Below are positions 12,233 through 22,080 of a stretch of 64,000 nt of DNA, in pieces. Both the position numbers and the translations under genes were made by a program. Source of the stretch: Eledone cirrhosa (lineage: Eukaryota); assembly GCA_964016885.1 (NCBI GenBank), contig OZ024741.1, forward strand, positions 297,166,001 to 297,230,000. Reading direction: 5' to 3'. The notes beneath the pieces were generated by a model. That model saw nothing but the letters and a program-made list of their open reading frames with translations, was not told the DNA's origin and ran no database searches. Positions within the stretch are counted from its first letter, which is position 1; each line of letters opens with the position of its first letter.

Positions 12233-12348
12233 TATATGTATGTATGTTTACGTACAATATCTATAGATAAAAGGTCAAGGAGAACAATGCTCAATCTATT
12301 GCAAGAGAGCTTATTTAGCATAAATAAAGTTTCATAAACATAACATGT

Positions 12349-12436
12349 AAGCACGACCTTAGGTTTCAGGTTCTAGTTATGGTCACCACTGTATAGTGTA
12401 GGAGGCTCTTCCAAACTGACCCCTCACCAGGCACTT
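12349..12436 (-). ncRNA. type I hammerhead ribozyme fold, one core change (CUGGUGA)
   Basis: Minus strand: AAGUGC CUGGUGA [long stem II] GAAA CC-UAA-GG UC GUGCUU; GUC triplet; flanked by short inverted repeats (~12316-12332 and ~12453-12470). Confidence 0.65.
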
Positions 12437-12555
12437 GGACAAAAGTATGAAAAAACTTTTATTTATGCTATATATATATATATGAGAAAAAGAATGTATA
12501 GCAAGTGTGTGTATGTATGTATGTAGAAAAATCTATCTTAAAAGAAAAATATATA

Positions 12556-13107
12556 TGTTCCCTGCTGTATTAGCGATAAATTTTCGAGGGTTTCTCTTAG
12601 TAGTTTTTTTCATGACGTTATTATTGTTAATTTTACTGATGTAGTATTAACTTATTAACTTGGATATTTACCATGCGGTATTCTAATCCTATTGTATCTC
12701 TCTCAGTTATTTACCATGCGACCCTCAGTTCCTACCCCCCCCCCTCTCTATGCACTTCTTTAAGGCTTACTACCCTGTCTTTAACCTAATTCATTCAATC
12801 TGAAAATATTGAAGAGATAAGACACTTTCCCATTCTTCTCTGCTAAAATGTATCACTAGAGCTGCTGATTCCAATTTTCCCAGCCAGCCATCCATCTAAT
12901 CTACGAAGGTATTTTAGCCTACATATTGTCGTTAATATTATGATGTTCCCTGCTGTATTAGCGTTAAATTTTCCCTGCTGTATTAGCGATAAATTTTCGA
13001 GGGTTTCTCTTAGTAGTTTTTTTCATGACATTATTATTGTTAATTTTACTGATGTAGTATTAACTTATTAACTTGGATATTTACCATGCGACCCTCAGTT
13101 CCTACCT
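12556..13107. repeat. ~165-bp direct duplication (about 12556-12736 and 12943-13107) just upstream of the intact RTE
   Basis: TGTTCCCTGCTGTATTAGCG...GGATATTTACCATGCG...ACCCTCAGTTCCTACC occurs twice, nearly identical. Confidence 0.85.
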
Positions 13108-13129
13108 CACAATTTCCCTCCCCCCACCC

Positions 13130-16100
13130 CCACACACCACCATAGTCTATTCGACCAATCAAACCTAGCATGCCATTTCCACTGCTGCTGCTGCTACTAC
13201 CTGCCTAACTAACTCTCTCCTCCTCTGGCGCATCCCAACACACCCTGCCATTACCCCACCACCACTGTCCTTCTAGCCCTCAATTTTCCCACCGTTATGG
13301 ATGGATGAGCTGGGAATACACGAGCAACTCTGAATCAATAGATGAAATATGAATCTGCGAGCTACCAAGCACCCACGTGAAGCGCCAACCCAGAGACCCT
13401 CCCCTACGAGTGTCGACAAATGCCCAAAACTCCGAGTTGGTACCATCAATGTAGGCTCAATGAAAGGAAGAGCAGGAGAAATCGTAGAAATGCTAGAGCG
13501 AAAGGAAGTTGATGTATGCTGTGTGCAAGAGACTAGATGGAGAGGAGGGTCTGCTAGAGTCCTTGTAGGAAAAAGCCAGTGCTACAAATTTTTCTGGGTG
13601 GGAAATGACGATGGGATGGGTGGTGTAGGTATACTATTAGCTGACAAGTGGGTAGATAAAGTAATCTCAGTGTACAGGGTAAATGCAAGAATCATTAAAC
13701 TCAGACTCCTGAATAAGACAATTACCACAATAATATCAGCTTACGCACCCCAATCGGGGCTGCCAGACGAACTTAAGGATAGGTTTTACGAGTCCCTAAT
13801 ACACACTACTGCTCTAACAGACGACAAGGACTTCCTAATCATTGCAGGAGATTTTAACGGACACGTAGGTAAACACTGCGACGGCTTCAATAGAGTACAT
13901 GGAGGCCATGGAGTTGGCACAAGGAATGAGGAAGGATTCAGACTTCTAGAATTCTGCGACGCCAATGACATGTCGATATGTAACACAAACTTTAAAAAAC
14001 CCGACAACCACCTGATCACCTATAGATCAGGGGAGCACTCTAGTCAGTTAGATTTTATCCTCATCAGAGGACGTGACAGATGGACGGTCGTAAACACAAA
14101 AGCCTTCCCTAGTGAGGAATGTACATCCCAACATAGCTTAGTTGTCAGCGACCTCACGGTCAGAACTAGACGAGCCCTGAAACAGAGGCCAACCTGGAGA
14201 AGAAAGATCTGGAAGCTGAAAGTCCCCTCAACCAGTAACAGATTTAAAGATATTTTACTCAACGCCTACGACAGTAAAGAAGAACAGATAGAGACATTTA
14301 ACGTAGAAGAGAACTGGGAGTTCCTAAAAAATAACTTACTAGAGGCGACGGATGAGGTTTGTGGCTGGAGTAAGACCTCAAGCAGGAGGAGAGTGACTTG
14401 GTGGTGGAACAATAAGGTAGATGAAGCAGTCAAGGCCAAGAGACAGGCATGGAAAGAATGGAAGAACGGGGGGAGCAGGGTACATTACATAGAGACCAAG
14501 AGGGAAGCTAGGCGACAAGTATACTTAGCTAGGAGGGAAGCAGAGGATAGAAAATTCAAGCATGTTTTACAACGTGAGGACCAGAAACGGGAGGTATTCA
14601 AGATTGCGAGGCAGTGTGTCAGAGATAGTTGTGATGTCATTGGAGAGAAGTGTATCCGGAATGATAAAGGTGAGCTTGCCCTCACAAGTGCTGAGAAGAA
14701 AGATGCATGGAAGAGTCATTATGATAGATTACTAAATGAGGAGAATGCATGGGAAGAAGAGACCCTACCCCACGTAGACCCTATACAGGGACCAGCAGTA
14801 CAAGTCAGCGGCAGCGTAGTAAGTAAGGCAATCAGAGATATGAAGATAGGGAAGGCAACCGGTCCATCGGGTATAGCTGCCGAGATGCTGAAGGCATCTG
14901 GGTCTGTAGGTCACACTATAACCACACGTATCGTTAACCAGGTAATACTAGAGGGGGCCATACCAAAAGATTGGTGCAGTAGCATCATTGTCAACTGCTA
15001 CAAAGGTAAAGGCGATGCACTAGATAGAGGAAACTATAGAGGTATAAAGTTGATGGACCAGGTCATGAAAGTAACAGAAAGAGTTATAGCACAGCTGATT
15101 AGGGACCGGGTGAATATAGACGAGATGCAATTTGGGTTTGTACCAGGGAAAGGCACCACTGATGCGCTCTTCCTTGTGAGGCAATTACAGGAAAAGTACC
15201 TAGCTAAAAGTAAGCCACTCTACTTGGCATTTGTCGACCTTGAGAAAGCCTTTGACAGAGTTCCACGTTCTGTAATCTGGTGGGCTCTTAGAAAACTAGG
15301 AGTAGATGAATGGCTTGTGAAAGCGGTACAAGCCATGTATAGGGGAGCAGTCAGCAAAGTTAGGATTGGCAATGAGTATAGCGAGGAATTTAGCGTACAG
15401 GTTGGGGTCCACCAGGGCTCTGTTCTTAGCCCTCTCCTGTTCATCATAGTCCTGCAGGCAATAACGGAGGAGTTTAAGACCGGATGCCCATGGGAACTCC
15501 TGTATGCTGATGACCTCGCACTCATAGCTGAATCTATGGTAGAACTAGAGAATAAATTCCAAACCTGGAAGCAGGGACTAGAGAGAAAGGGCCTCAAAGT
15601 CAACATGACAAAGACTAAGGTCCTTATAAGTAGACGAGAAAACAGAACCCAGATCCCCTCAGGGAAATGGCCTTGCTCAGTATGTAGGAAAGGTGTAGGT
15701 AGGAACTCCATTCTTTGCCCCAAATGCAAACAATGGGTACACAAGAGATGTAGCGGGATCTCAGGAAGCTTAATTAAGAATGTAGGATTCACATGCAGCA
15801 GCTGTGCTGAAACAGCAAGCAAACAGCCACAGGAAACAAGTACCACCAATCTCTGGGAGGGCCCTGTAGAAACAGTAGACAGCTTCTGCTACCTAGGTGA
15901 CCGAATTAGCAACGGAGGTGGGTGCTCAGAAAGTACAATAACTAGGGTAAGAACGGGATGGAAGAAGTTTAGGGAACTACTACCACTGCTAGCTGCAAAA
16001 GGCTTCTCCCTCAGAATGAAAGGCAGACTGTATGATGCGTGTATCCGAACAGCGATGTTGCATGGTAGTGAGACCTGGGCGCTGAAGGTGGAAGACTTAC

Positions 16101-16767
16101 GTAGATTAGAGAGAAACGAAGCCTGCATGCTCCGATGGATGTGTAACAGTAATATACGTGAACGACAAAGCATAAATGAATTGAGAGAGAGACTGAGCAT
16201 AAGAGGAATCAAATGCTGCGTGCAGGAGAGGCGGTTACGCTGGTATGGACATGTGATGCGTATGAAGGATGACAGCTGCATAAAAAGGTGCAGAGCACTA
16301 GAAGTTGATGGAAACCGCGGAGTGGGGAGACCCAAGATGACTTGGGATGAGGTGATAAAAGCCGACCTTACCCAACTACACCTCTCAAAGTCAATAACAC
16401 ACGACCGTGACTTCTGGCGTCACGCAGTAATACAGGGTACCCGACCTCCCATGGGTACATGCTGAAGCATATAAACAATATGCCCCCCCCCCCACCGCAA
16501 GGTGGTCGTGGAGGTGCCACGGCAAAAAAGCACCCAGCCCACACTGTAAAGTGGACGTGTAGGCGCCACGAAAAAGCACCCAGCACTCACTGTAAATGAG
16601 GTTGGTGTTAGGAAGGGCATCCAGCTGTAGAAATCAAGCCAGATCAGTTCCTGTATGAGCAAGGCATGGTCAGCCGACCAGACACTGCCGACAACAGGAC
16701 AACCCGTCTAACCCATGCTAGCGTGGAAGAACGGACGTAAAACGGTGATGATGATGATGATGATGAT
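13130..16767 (+). mobile_element. full-length RTE-clade LINE (5' end approximate) ending in a (GAT)n tail
   Basis: Intact ORF, ~300-nt structured 3' UTR, tail ...GGACGTAAAACGGT(GAT)n followed by (TA)n. Confidence 0.9.
13349..16465 (+). CDS. RTE LINE single ORF: APE endonuclease + reverse transcriptase with an embedded PHD-type zinc finger (1038 aa, intact)
   Basis: EN motifs [43 protein letters not shown] motifs [55 protein letters not shown]-terminus LHGSETW...RLRWYGHV. Confidence 0.95.
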   Translation: MNLRATKHPREAPTQRPSPTSVDKCPKLRVGTINVGSMKGRAGEIVEMLERKEVDVCCVQETRWRGGSARVLVGKSQCYKFFWVGNDDGMGGVGILLADKWVDKVISVYRVNARIIKLRLLNKTITTIISAYAPQSGLPDELKDRFYESLIHTTALTDDKDFLIIAGDFNGHVGKHCDGFNRVHGGHGVGTRNEEGFRLLEFCDANDMSICNTNFKKPDNHLITYRSGEHSSQLDFILIRGRDRWTVVNTKAFPSEECTSQHSLVVSDLTVRTRRALKQRPTWRRKIWKLKVPSTSNRFKDILLNAYDSKEEQIETFNVEENWEFLKNNLLEATDEVCGWSKTSSRRRVTWWWNNKVDEAVKAKRQAWKEWKNGGSRVHYIETKREARRQVYLARREAEDRKFKHVLQREDQKREVFKIARQCVRDSCDVIGEKCIRNDKGELALTSAEKKDAWKSHYDRLLNEENAWEEETLPHVDPIQGPAVQVSGSVVSKAIRDMKIGKATGPSGIAAEMLKASGSVGHTITTRIVNQVILEGAIPKDWCSSIIVNCYKGKGDALDRGNYRGIKLMDQVMKVTERVIAQLIRDRVNIDEMQFGFVPGKGTTDALFLVRQLQEKYLAKSKPLYLAFVDLEKAFDRVPRSVIWWALRKLGVDEWLVKAVQAMYRGAVSKVRIGNEYSEEFSVQVGVHQGSVLSPLLFIIVLQAITEEFKTGCPWELLYADDLALIAESMVELENKFQTWKQGLERKGLKVNMTKTKVLISRRENRTQIPSGKWPCSVCRKGVGRNSILCPKCKQWVHKRCSGISGSLIKNVGFTCSSCAETASKQPQETSTTNLWEGPVETVDSFCYLGDRISNGGGCSESTITRVRTGWKKFRELLPLLAAKGFSLRMKGRLYDACIRTAMLHGSETWALKVEDLRRLERNEACMLRWMCNSNIRERQSINELRERLSIRGIKCCVQERRLRWYGHVMRMKDDSCIKRCRALEVDGNRGVGRPKMTWDEVIKADLTQLHLSKSITHDRDFWRHAVIQGTRPPMGTC

Positions 16768-17079
16768 ATATATATATATATATTAAGAACCTCATTTGGT
16801 GCTGAAAAAACATTTTAGCAGCCATTCACTGACTTCACAGCCTAACAAGGTTAAAAAATATAATAAGAGACAGTATTACATATATCCAATAGCATTACAT
16901 TGTGATTAATACAGGCAATATACCACTGTTTAACTTGTGTTTCTTCAACTATTGAATCTACAGCATTGTAAACAGAGACTGTCTATATATGGTAATCGCA
17001 GATGTCTGATGCAAACATTGTCAGACAATCACAATTTCAATGGCAGACACCATATATAAGCCAGCTCCAACCAGTGTAT

Positions 17080-17420
17080 TCACAGCATCACTAAAAGCAG
17101 TCATGTCTAATGCAGATATTGTCAGCCAGTTAGAGGCATACGAGTGGCACAGTTTATGACCAAAGCAACAGAGGGGACATTTCAGTAGGAATTGATCTGG
17201 CAGTGACAATGAATTTTAGAATTTGGCATAACATCCAATGCACATATGTGGGAGCTTCAGTGAAGGACAAAGTAATAAAATACTTATTGGCCATGTCTTA
17301 CAGCCATATAGAAGAATGGTGTACACAAGTGTTTGGTAGATGCTCAATGTTATGCTGTCAATTGAATGGAAGAAACAGTAGAGTTGTCTAAAATATCTTA
17401 CAGTATATGATGAATGATCA
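17080..17420 (-). mobile_element. old RTE-type LINE fragment
   Basis: IYQTLVYTILLYGCKTW resembles the RTE 'LLYG.ETW' motif. Confidence 0.55.
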
Positions 17421-18338
17421 GAGATCAAACCTTATAAGTGTACATGAAATAAAATATCAAGTATATATTCGAGTCAATTTAATAATTAAATATTTATTAC
17501 CTGCCCCTTCCTCAACAAAAAAGGAAGTGGGCTGTGCCAGTGTACGAAATTCATTTATAACATGTTATGTATGTATATGTATATAATATTCACATATATA
17601 TACACCACCTGATAAACCTTGCACACTCCTGTAAAATAGTTGGCGATAGGAAAGACATCCAGCCATACAAAAACCTGTCGAAGGATCAGAAAGACTTCAG
17701 CTATGCCAAGGATTACACAACTTCCTTAATAATGTTGCCATTATCAAATGCACATGGTAGAACACAGGATCAATATGATGAGCCTTGGACCACCTAGTGT
17801 TCAGGGTCTTCACTTGATAGCAGGGAAAACAGACATTAAACAATGATTATATATACATGCATACATATACTCTCAGGTCCCAAATAATAGGGGGAAGAGG
17901 AGTTGGCCATTTGCTAAAATTCTTATAAGTGGAGAGGGGAATCGGTAATGGTATAGTGTACGTTTGTAAATATGGGATTTCTTGTAATGTTCTTTTTTTT
18001 GTCATATATAATGTTTTTTGTAATGTAAAATAAAATTATTATTAGATTCTCCAGCTGTTGTATTGATATGAATCACTTACAATAAAATTTTGCTGGCAAT
18101 AGATTAGCAAAGAGGTTGGAAAAAGTCTGAAAAATTAATAAGCGGGTGGATGATTATTCAAGACCTGACAGCATGTCTAATCATTTGGACGTCATTAGTA
18201 AATAATTGTTATTTATGTTGTTTAAGAGATTCTGAGGAAATACAGAAGAAAAAAATGGAATTTTTTTACTGTATTGATAGAAAGACTCATAAATTAATTA
18301 AATAATTTAATGTAATTAAATCCTGGTTATTTTTATTC

Positions 18339-18375
<37 letters not shown>

Positions 18376-18778
18376 GATGAGTATAGCAAAATTGGAGGTA
18401 AGTTGTTTCTGATGAGCTGAGTGTAGAATTGAACCTCTGGCTAGCTATTTCACTGTATAATAAAAATACAATCACCAGTATCCTTCCAACCACCACTTTT
18501 CTTAAAAAATTATAAACTGCTGGTCCTTAAGATGAAAATCAAGCTACAACTAATCACAAGAATAATTATTACTTGCACACGCATGTGACAGAGAAAAAGG
18601 CAGAAATAAGCATAGAAATTTATAAATAAAAACATTAGGTTTATGTTATTCAAATCTTTCAAGTATTGGAAAGTCATACTGTGTGGGTTGGGTGACAAGA
18701 AAAAAGCATCATAAAAGCTTTGAATTATTATTATTTTTTTTTATTTCTGGATTTGTTTATGATCCAGATTTGAATATA

Positions 18779-19006
18779 TTAACCCTTTTGATACCAAACT
18801 GCCTGGAACCACACCTGCTTTTATTATACTAAACTATTTTAAAGTGTTTATATATCTAAAAACCTTCCAACAATTTTATGTAAGAACTTTTGTTAAGTTA
18901 TACTCCAAACACCAGCTTAACAAAAAGAAAATTTGTTATACTACTAAATACCTCCAAATTCTTTCAAATGATTTACAAATCTTTCATTAGAAATCTAAAA
19001 GGGTTA
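18779..19006. mobile_element. TTAA-flanked MITE (piggyBac-type termini CCCTTTTGWTACCA...AAAGGG)
   Basis: ttaa-cccttttgatacca...aaaaggg-ttaa. Related copies near 23536-23769, 23918-24151, 24800, 31487-31710, 36500-36744, 40430, 42659-43139, 43352, 46429, 55398-55658 and 60355. Confidence 0.7.
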
Positions 19007-19463
19007 AATTATTGTTCAGAACACCTGTATTTTCAATGTATGTATTAAAAATAAGGAAACTCATTTTTTTCTAACACTTTGCTAAATAAAGATTAAATTC
19101 ACAAATCTAATTAATTAGCAACAAAAGTTGCAAAATCATCATTGCTTTTACATCCGTTTTTCCACGCTTGCATGGGTTGGACGGGTCCTTCTTAGCACAG
19201 CATCTCTCCACTTACTGCGTTTCGCCATCTGAGTCTCTACCTCTGCCCAGGTCTTTCTCGGTCTACCTCTTTTAATATAAAACAATTCAAGTGTATCTAT
19301 TATTAATTAATTGACCGTTAACTAGAAATTAGATTCCAGCCACATTTGAGAATTTATATATATATATATGAAGTAATTCCATCGGAAAGGTACAGGAAAA
19401 AAGAGTGTTCTATGTTGGCTACAGAGCTTATTAGTTATGTAATAAACAACATAAGATAATTAT

Positions 19464-19521
19464 TTCATTTACCAGTGGTTTCTTGAAAGCAGATATATCT
19501 GTTTTCAGTCGTCAGAATGAA
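19464..19521 (-). ncRNA. type I hammerhead ribozyme, intact core (left-arm copy)
   Basis: Minus strand: UUCAUU CUGACGA C-UGAAAACAGAUAUAUCUGCUUUCA-A GAAA CC-ACU-GG UA AAUGAA. Confidence 0.72.
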
Positions 19522-19835
19522 TAAAAAACATGGTGCTTTTATTAAATATGGATTTGAAAACAAAAATATTTAAGAAATATGAAAGTGAGGCTGAGAAACA
19601 AACGGACGAAAAAGAAGGGTAAAAAAAAAATATATATATATATATATAAAAAAAAACAATAAATATCCAGAACGTAAGCAGACACACTAAACCATGCACA
19701 TATACTTAAAAGGTAAGGAGACGTATACTTTATAACATAAGCGTATTAGCGTTTACAGACAGGAGCCTCACTTTCATATTTCTTAAATATTTTTGTTTTC
19801 AAATCCATATTTAATAAAAACACCATGTTTTTTTA

Positions 19836-19893
19836 TTCATTCTGACGACTGAAAACAGATATATCTGCTTTCAAGAAACCATTGGTAAATGAA
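19836..19893 (+). ncRNA. type I hammerhead ribozyme, intact core (right-arm copy)
   Basis: UUCAUU CUGACGA(19842-19848) C-UGAAAACAGAUAUAUCUGCUUUCA-A GAAA CC-AUU-GG UA AAUGAA; predicted cleavage after 19887. Confidence 0.72.
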
Positions 19894-19921
19894 ATAATTA
19901 TCTTGTTGTTTATTACATAAC

Positions 19922-19960
<39 letters not shown>

Positions 19961-20007
19961 ACAGAAGGCCGGACTGGAAATTTACTTTAGAATTTTAATT
20001 CTGCGAA

Positions 20008-20083
20008 AACACTATACATATTTCGATGACCCCGCCTTATCATCCAATCATGATGCAAGACTTTGACGATTTCAACAGGTGTT
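20008..20083 (-). ncRNA. degenerate type I hammerhead fold (CUGUUGA)
   Basis: Minus strand: AACAC CUGUUGA ... GAAA UAUGUAUA GUGUU; same stem III signature as the 6114 and 9186 copies; stem II poorly paired. Confidence 0.5.
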
Positions 20084-21107
20084 AATTGTAAAATTAGTTC
20101 CAAACAGAACCACCATTTCTACTCATTGGTAAACAGCCTAACATAAATGGCATATATATATATATATAAACACATTTTGGGTATTTCATAATCTATGTTG
20201 TGTGTGTGTACACAAATTCTTCAAGAACTAAAACCATATCTGGTATTCTTAAGTGATAACTGAAACTATGTTCCAGCTATATTTAAAAATTTACATATAC
20301 ATGTGTTATTAATACTGACTGTTTACTTTGAAATTTCTACAATGTCACCAGCTTCTGAAAACAGCCTTGGATTAATTATATTGATTAACTGGTGACTGAA
20401 ACAGTTACTAATAATAACAAACATTATATTTTACACAGTACAAACTCAGTCTTTCTTTAACTCACTGCATATTTAGCATATTGTTTATCACACAAACCCA
20501 TATATATTTACACGCATATGAAGGGGAGGTATTGTTTTATTCAAAGTATATTCAGACATGAATCTCAACTCCTCAAATATAGTATATAATACTCCACTAC
20601 TATGTATAAGATATATATATAGCTAGATAAATAGAGTTGGAATCCGACAGCTGAGCTCTTGCTGTTTCAAAAGCTAGTTCTATATAGATATATATACACG
20701 CACATACATGTCACTTCATCCAGCCCCACTCACAACAATCCTCGACTCAAACTGACCCCCCAATATCATACAGAGAGCTGCCACCGATATATATATCGTT
20801 TTTTATTGAGGGTTTCATTCCATTCACCTTACATTAAAAACAAATGTTTAACATACTCATCAATAATGAAAGGGTTAAAACAAAATTCAACTAGTTTTGA
20901 ACAATGCAGTAAATAGTTTTAATCACATCCAAAGGGGTTGGGGAAGAGGTGGTGGATCTATTATCATTATTGACTAATGTTTCAAGTCTTTCTTTTTTTT
21001 TCACTTATTCAGGAGAAAAAAAATATATGAGCAACTTTTTCTCAACACACACACATATATGTATATATATATATATATTATATATATATGCACACACATG
21101 TATATGC

Positions 21108-21152
<45 letters not shown>

Positions 21153-21260
21153 ATACATACACATATGTATGCATATCTCTCTCTCTATATATATATATAT
21201 ATATAAAAAGTCAATATCATGCAGTTTTTAATCAAGATGATTTTGTCGAGGGTGTGTGTA

Positions 21261-21311
<51 letters not shown>

Positions 21312-21962
21312 CAATGTCCTCTCTCCCAGAGTCATAATAATGGAAGTGAGTTCAATTCTGAGGAGAAAATGTTTATTTCTCTTATTTTATTGGGTTTTTC
21401 TGATTTTCTTTTTCTTTTTTTTTGTTTTGATATCTTCAAGTCTTCCATTTTTTTTTTTTAATTCATAGCAATCATGCTAGGAGTGACAAGGCTAAATACA
21501 AGAAAATCATTTTACTGTTTCCCCTCCTCAGCCCTGCTTCACCGAAACATTTTAGTAATGGTACAGTAAAATCATAGTAGTGATGTTGAAAAGAGAGTGA
21601 GATAGATAGATAAACAGACAGCTATATGATGGCTATTTGTAAGGAGATAGAAAAAGAAAGTCCAGAATGAGCAGTTTAATAGGGGCAAGAAGAAAAGAGA
21701 AAATGAGAGAGAGGGAAAAATATAATACAACAGTTTAGAAATGGAGGGTCAAAATTAACATAATATATAGTATGTATGAGTTGACATGAAAAAAAGCCAT
21801 TCAATGGTGAGTGGGGGTGTTACAAATTGCATTCTGAAAAAAGTTTTTAAAACTTTGCTTTGTTTTGTTTTTTATTATCTTTTATTATATTTTTAAAAAT
21901 CCATCTTTTATTTTTCCTGAAAAAAAAAAGAAAAAAAAAAGAAAGAGGAATTCAGTTATAAT

Positions 21963-22080
21963 ATCCATATCTATAGTACTCTAACTTATGTAGTTCAATC
22001 CATATCTATAGTACTACTACTCTAACTTATGTAGTTCAATCCATATCTATAGTGCTACTACTCTAACTTATGTAGTTCAA
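21963..22080. repeat. 35-41-bp minisatellite, 3 copies (ATCCATATCTATAGTAC..TCTAACTTATGTAGTTCA)
   Basis: Direct tandem units visible. Confidence 0.88.

Larger units (their letters stand above)
19431..19924. repeat. near-perfect ~160-bp inverted repeat (19431-19592 / 19764-19924) with a ~170-bp spacer; each arm carries a hammerhead
   Basis: The arms are reverse complements with only a few mismatches or indels. Confidence 0.93.

Noticed and set aside
15220-16335. Long minus-strand ORFs inside the RTE
   Set aside because: Antisense shadows of the RT ORF with no recognisable motifs.
20949-21461. YI/CV-repeat ORFs
   Set aside because: Translations of (TA)n and (TG)n microsatellites.
21512-21535. 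CUGAGGA-GGG-GAAAC on the minus strand
   Set aside because: No stem II and no stem I pairing; chance match.
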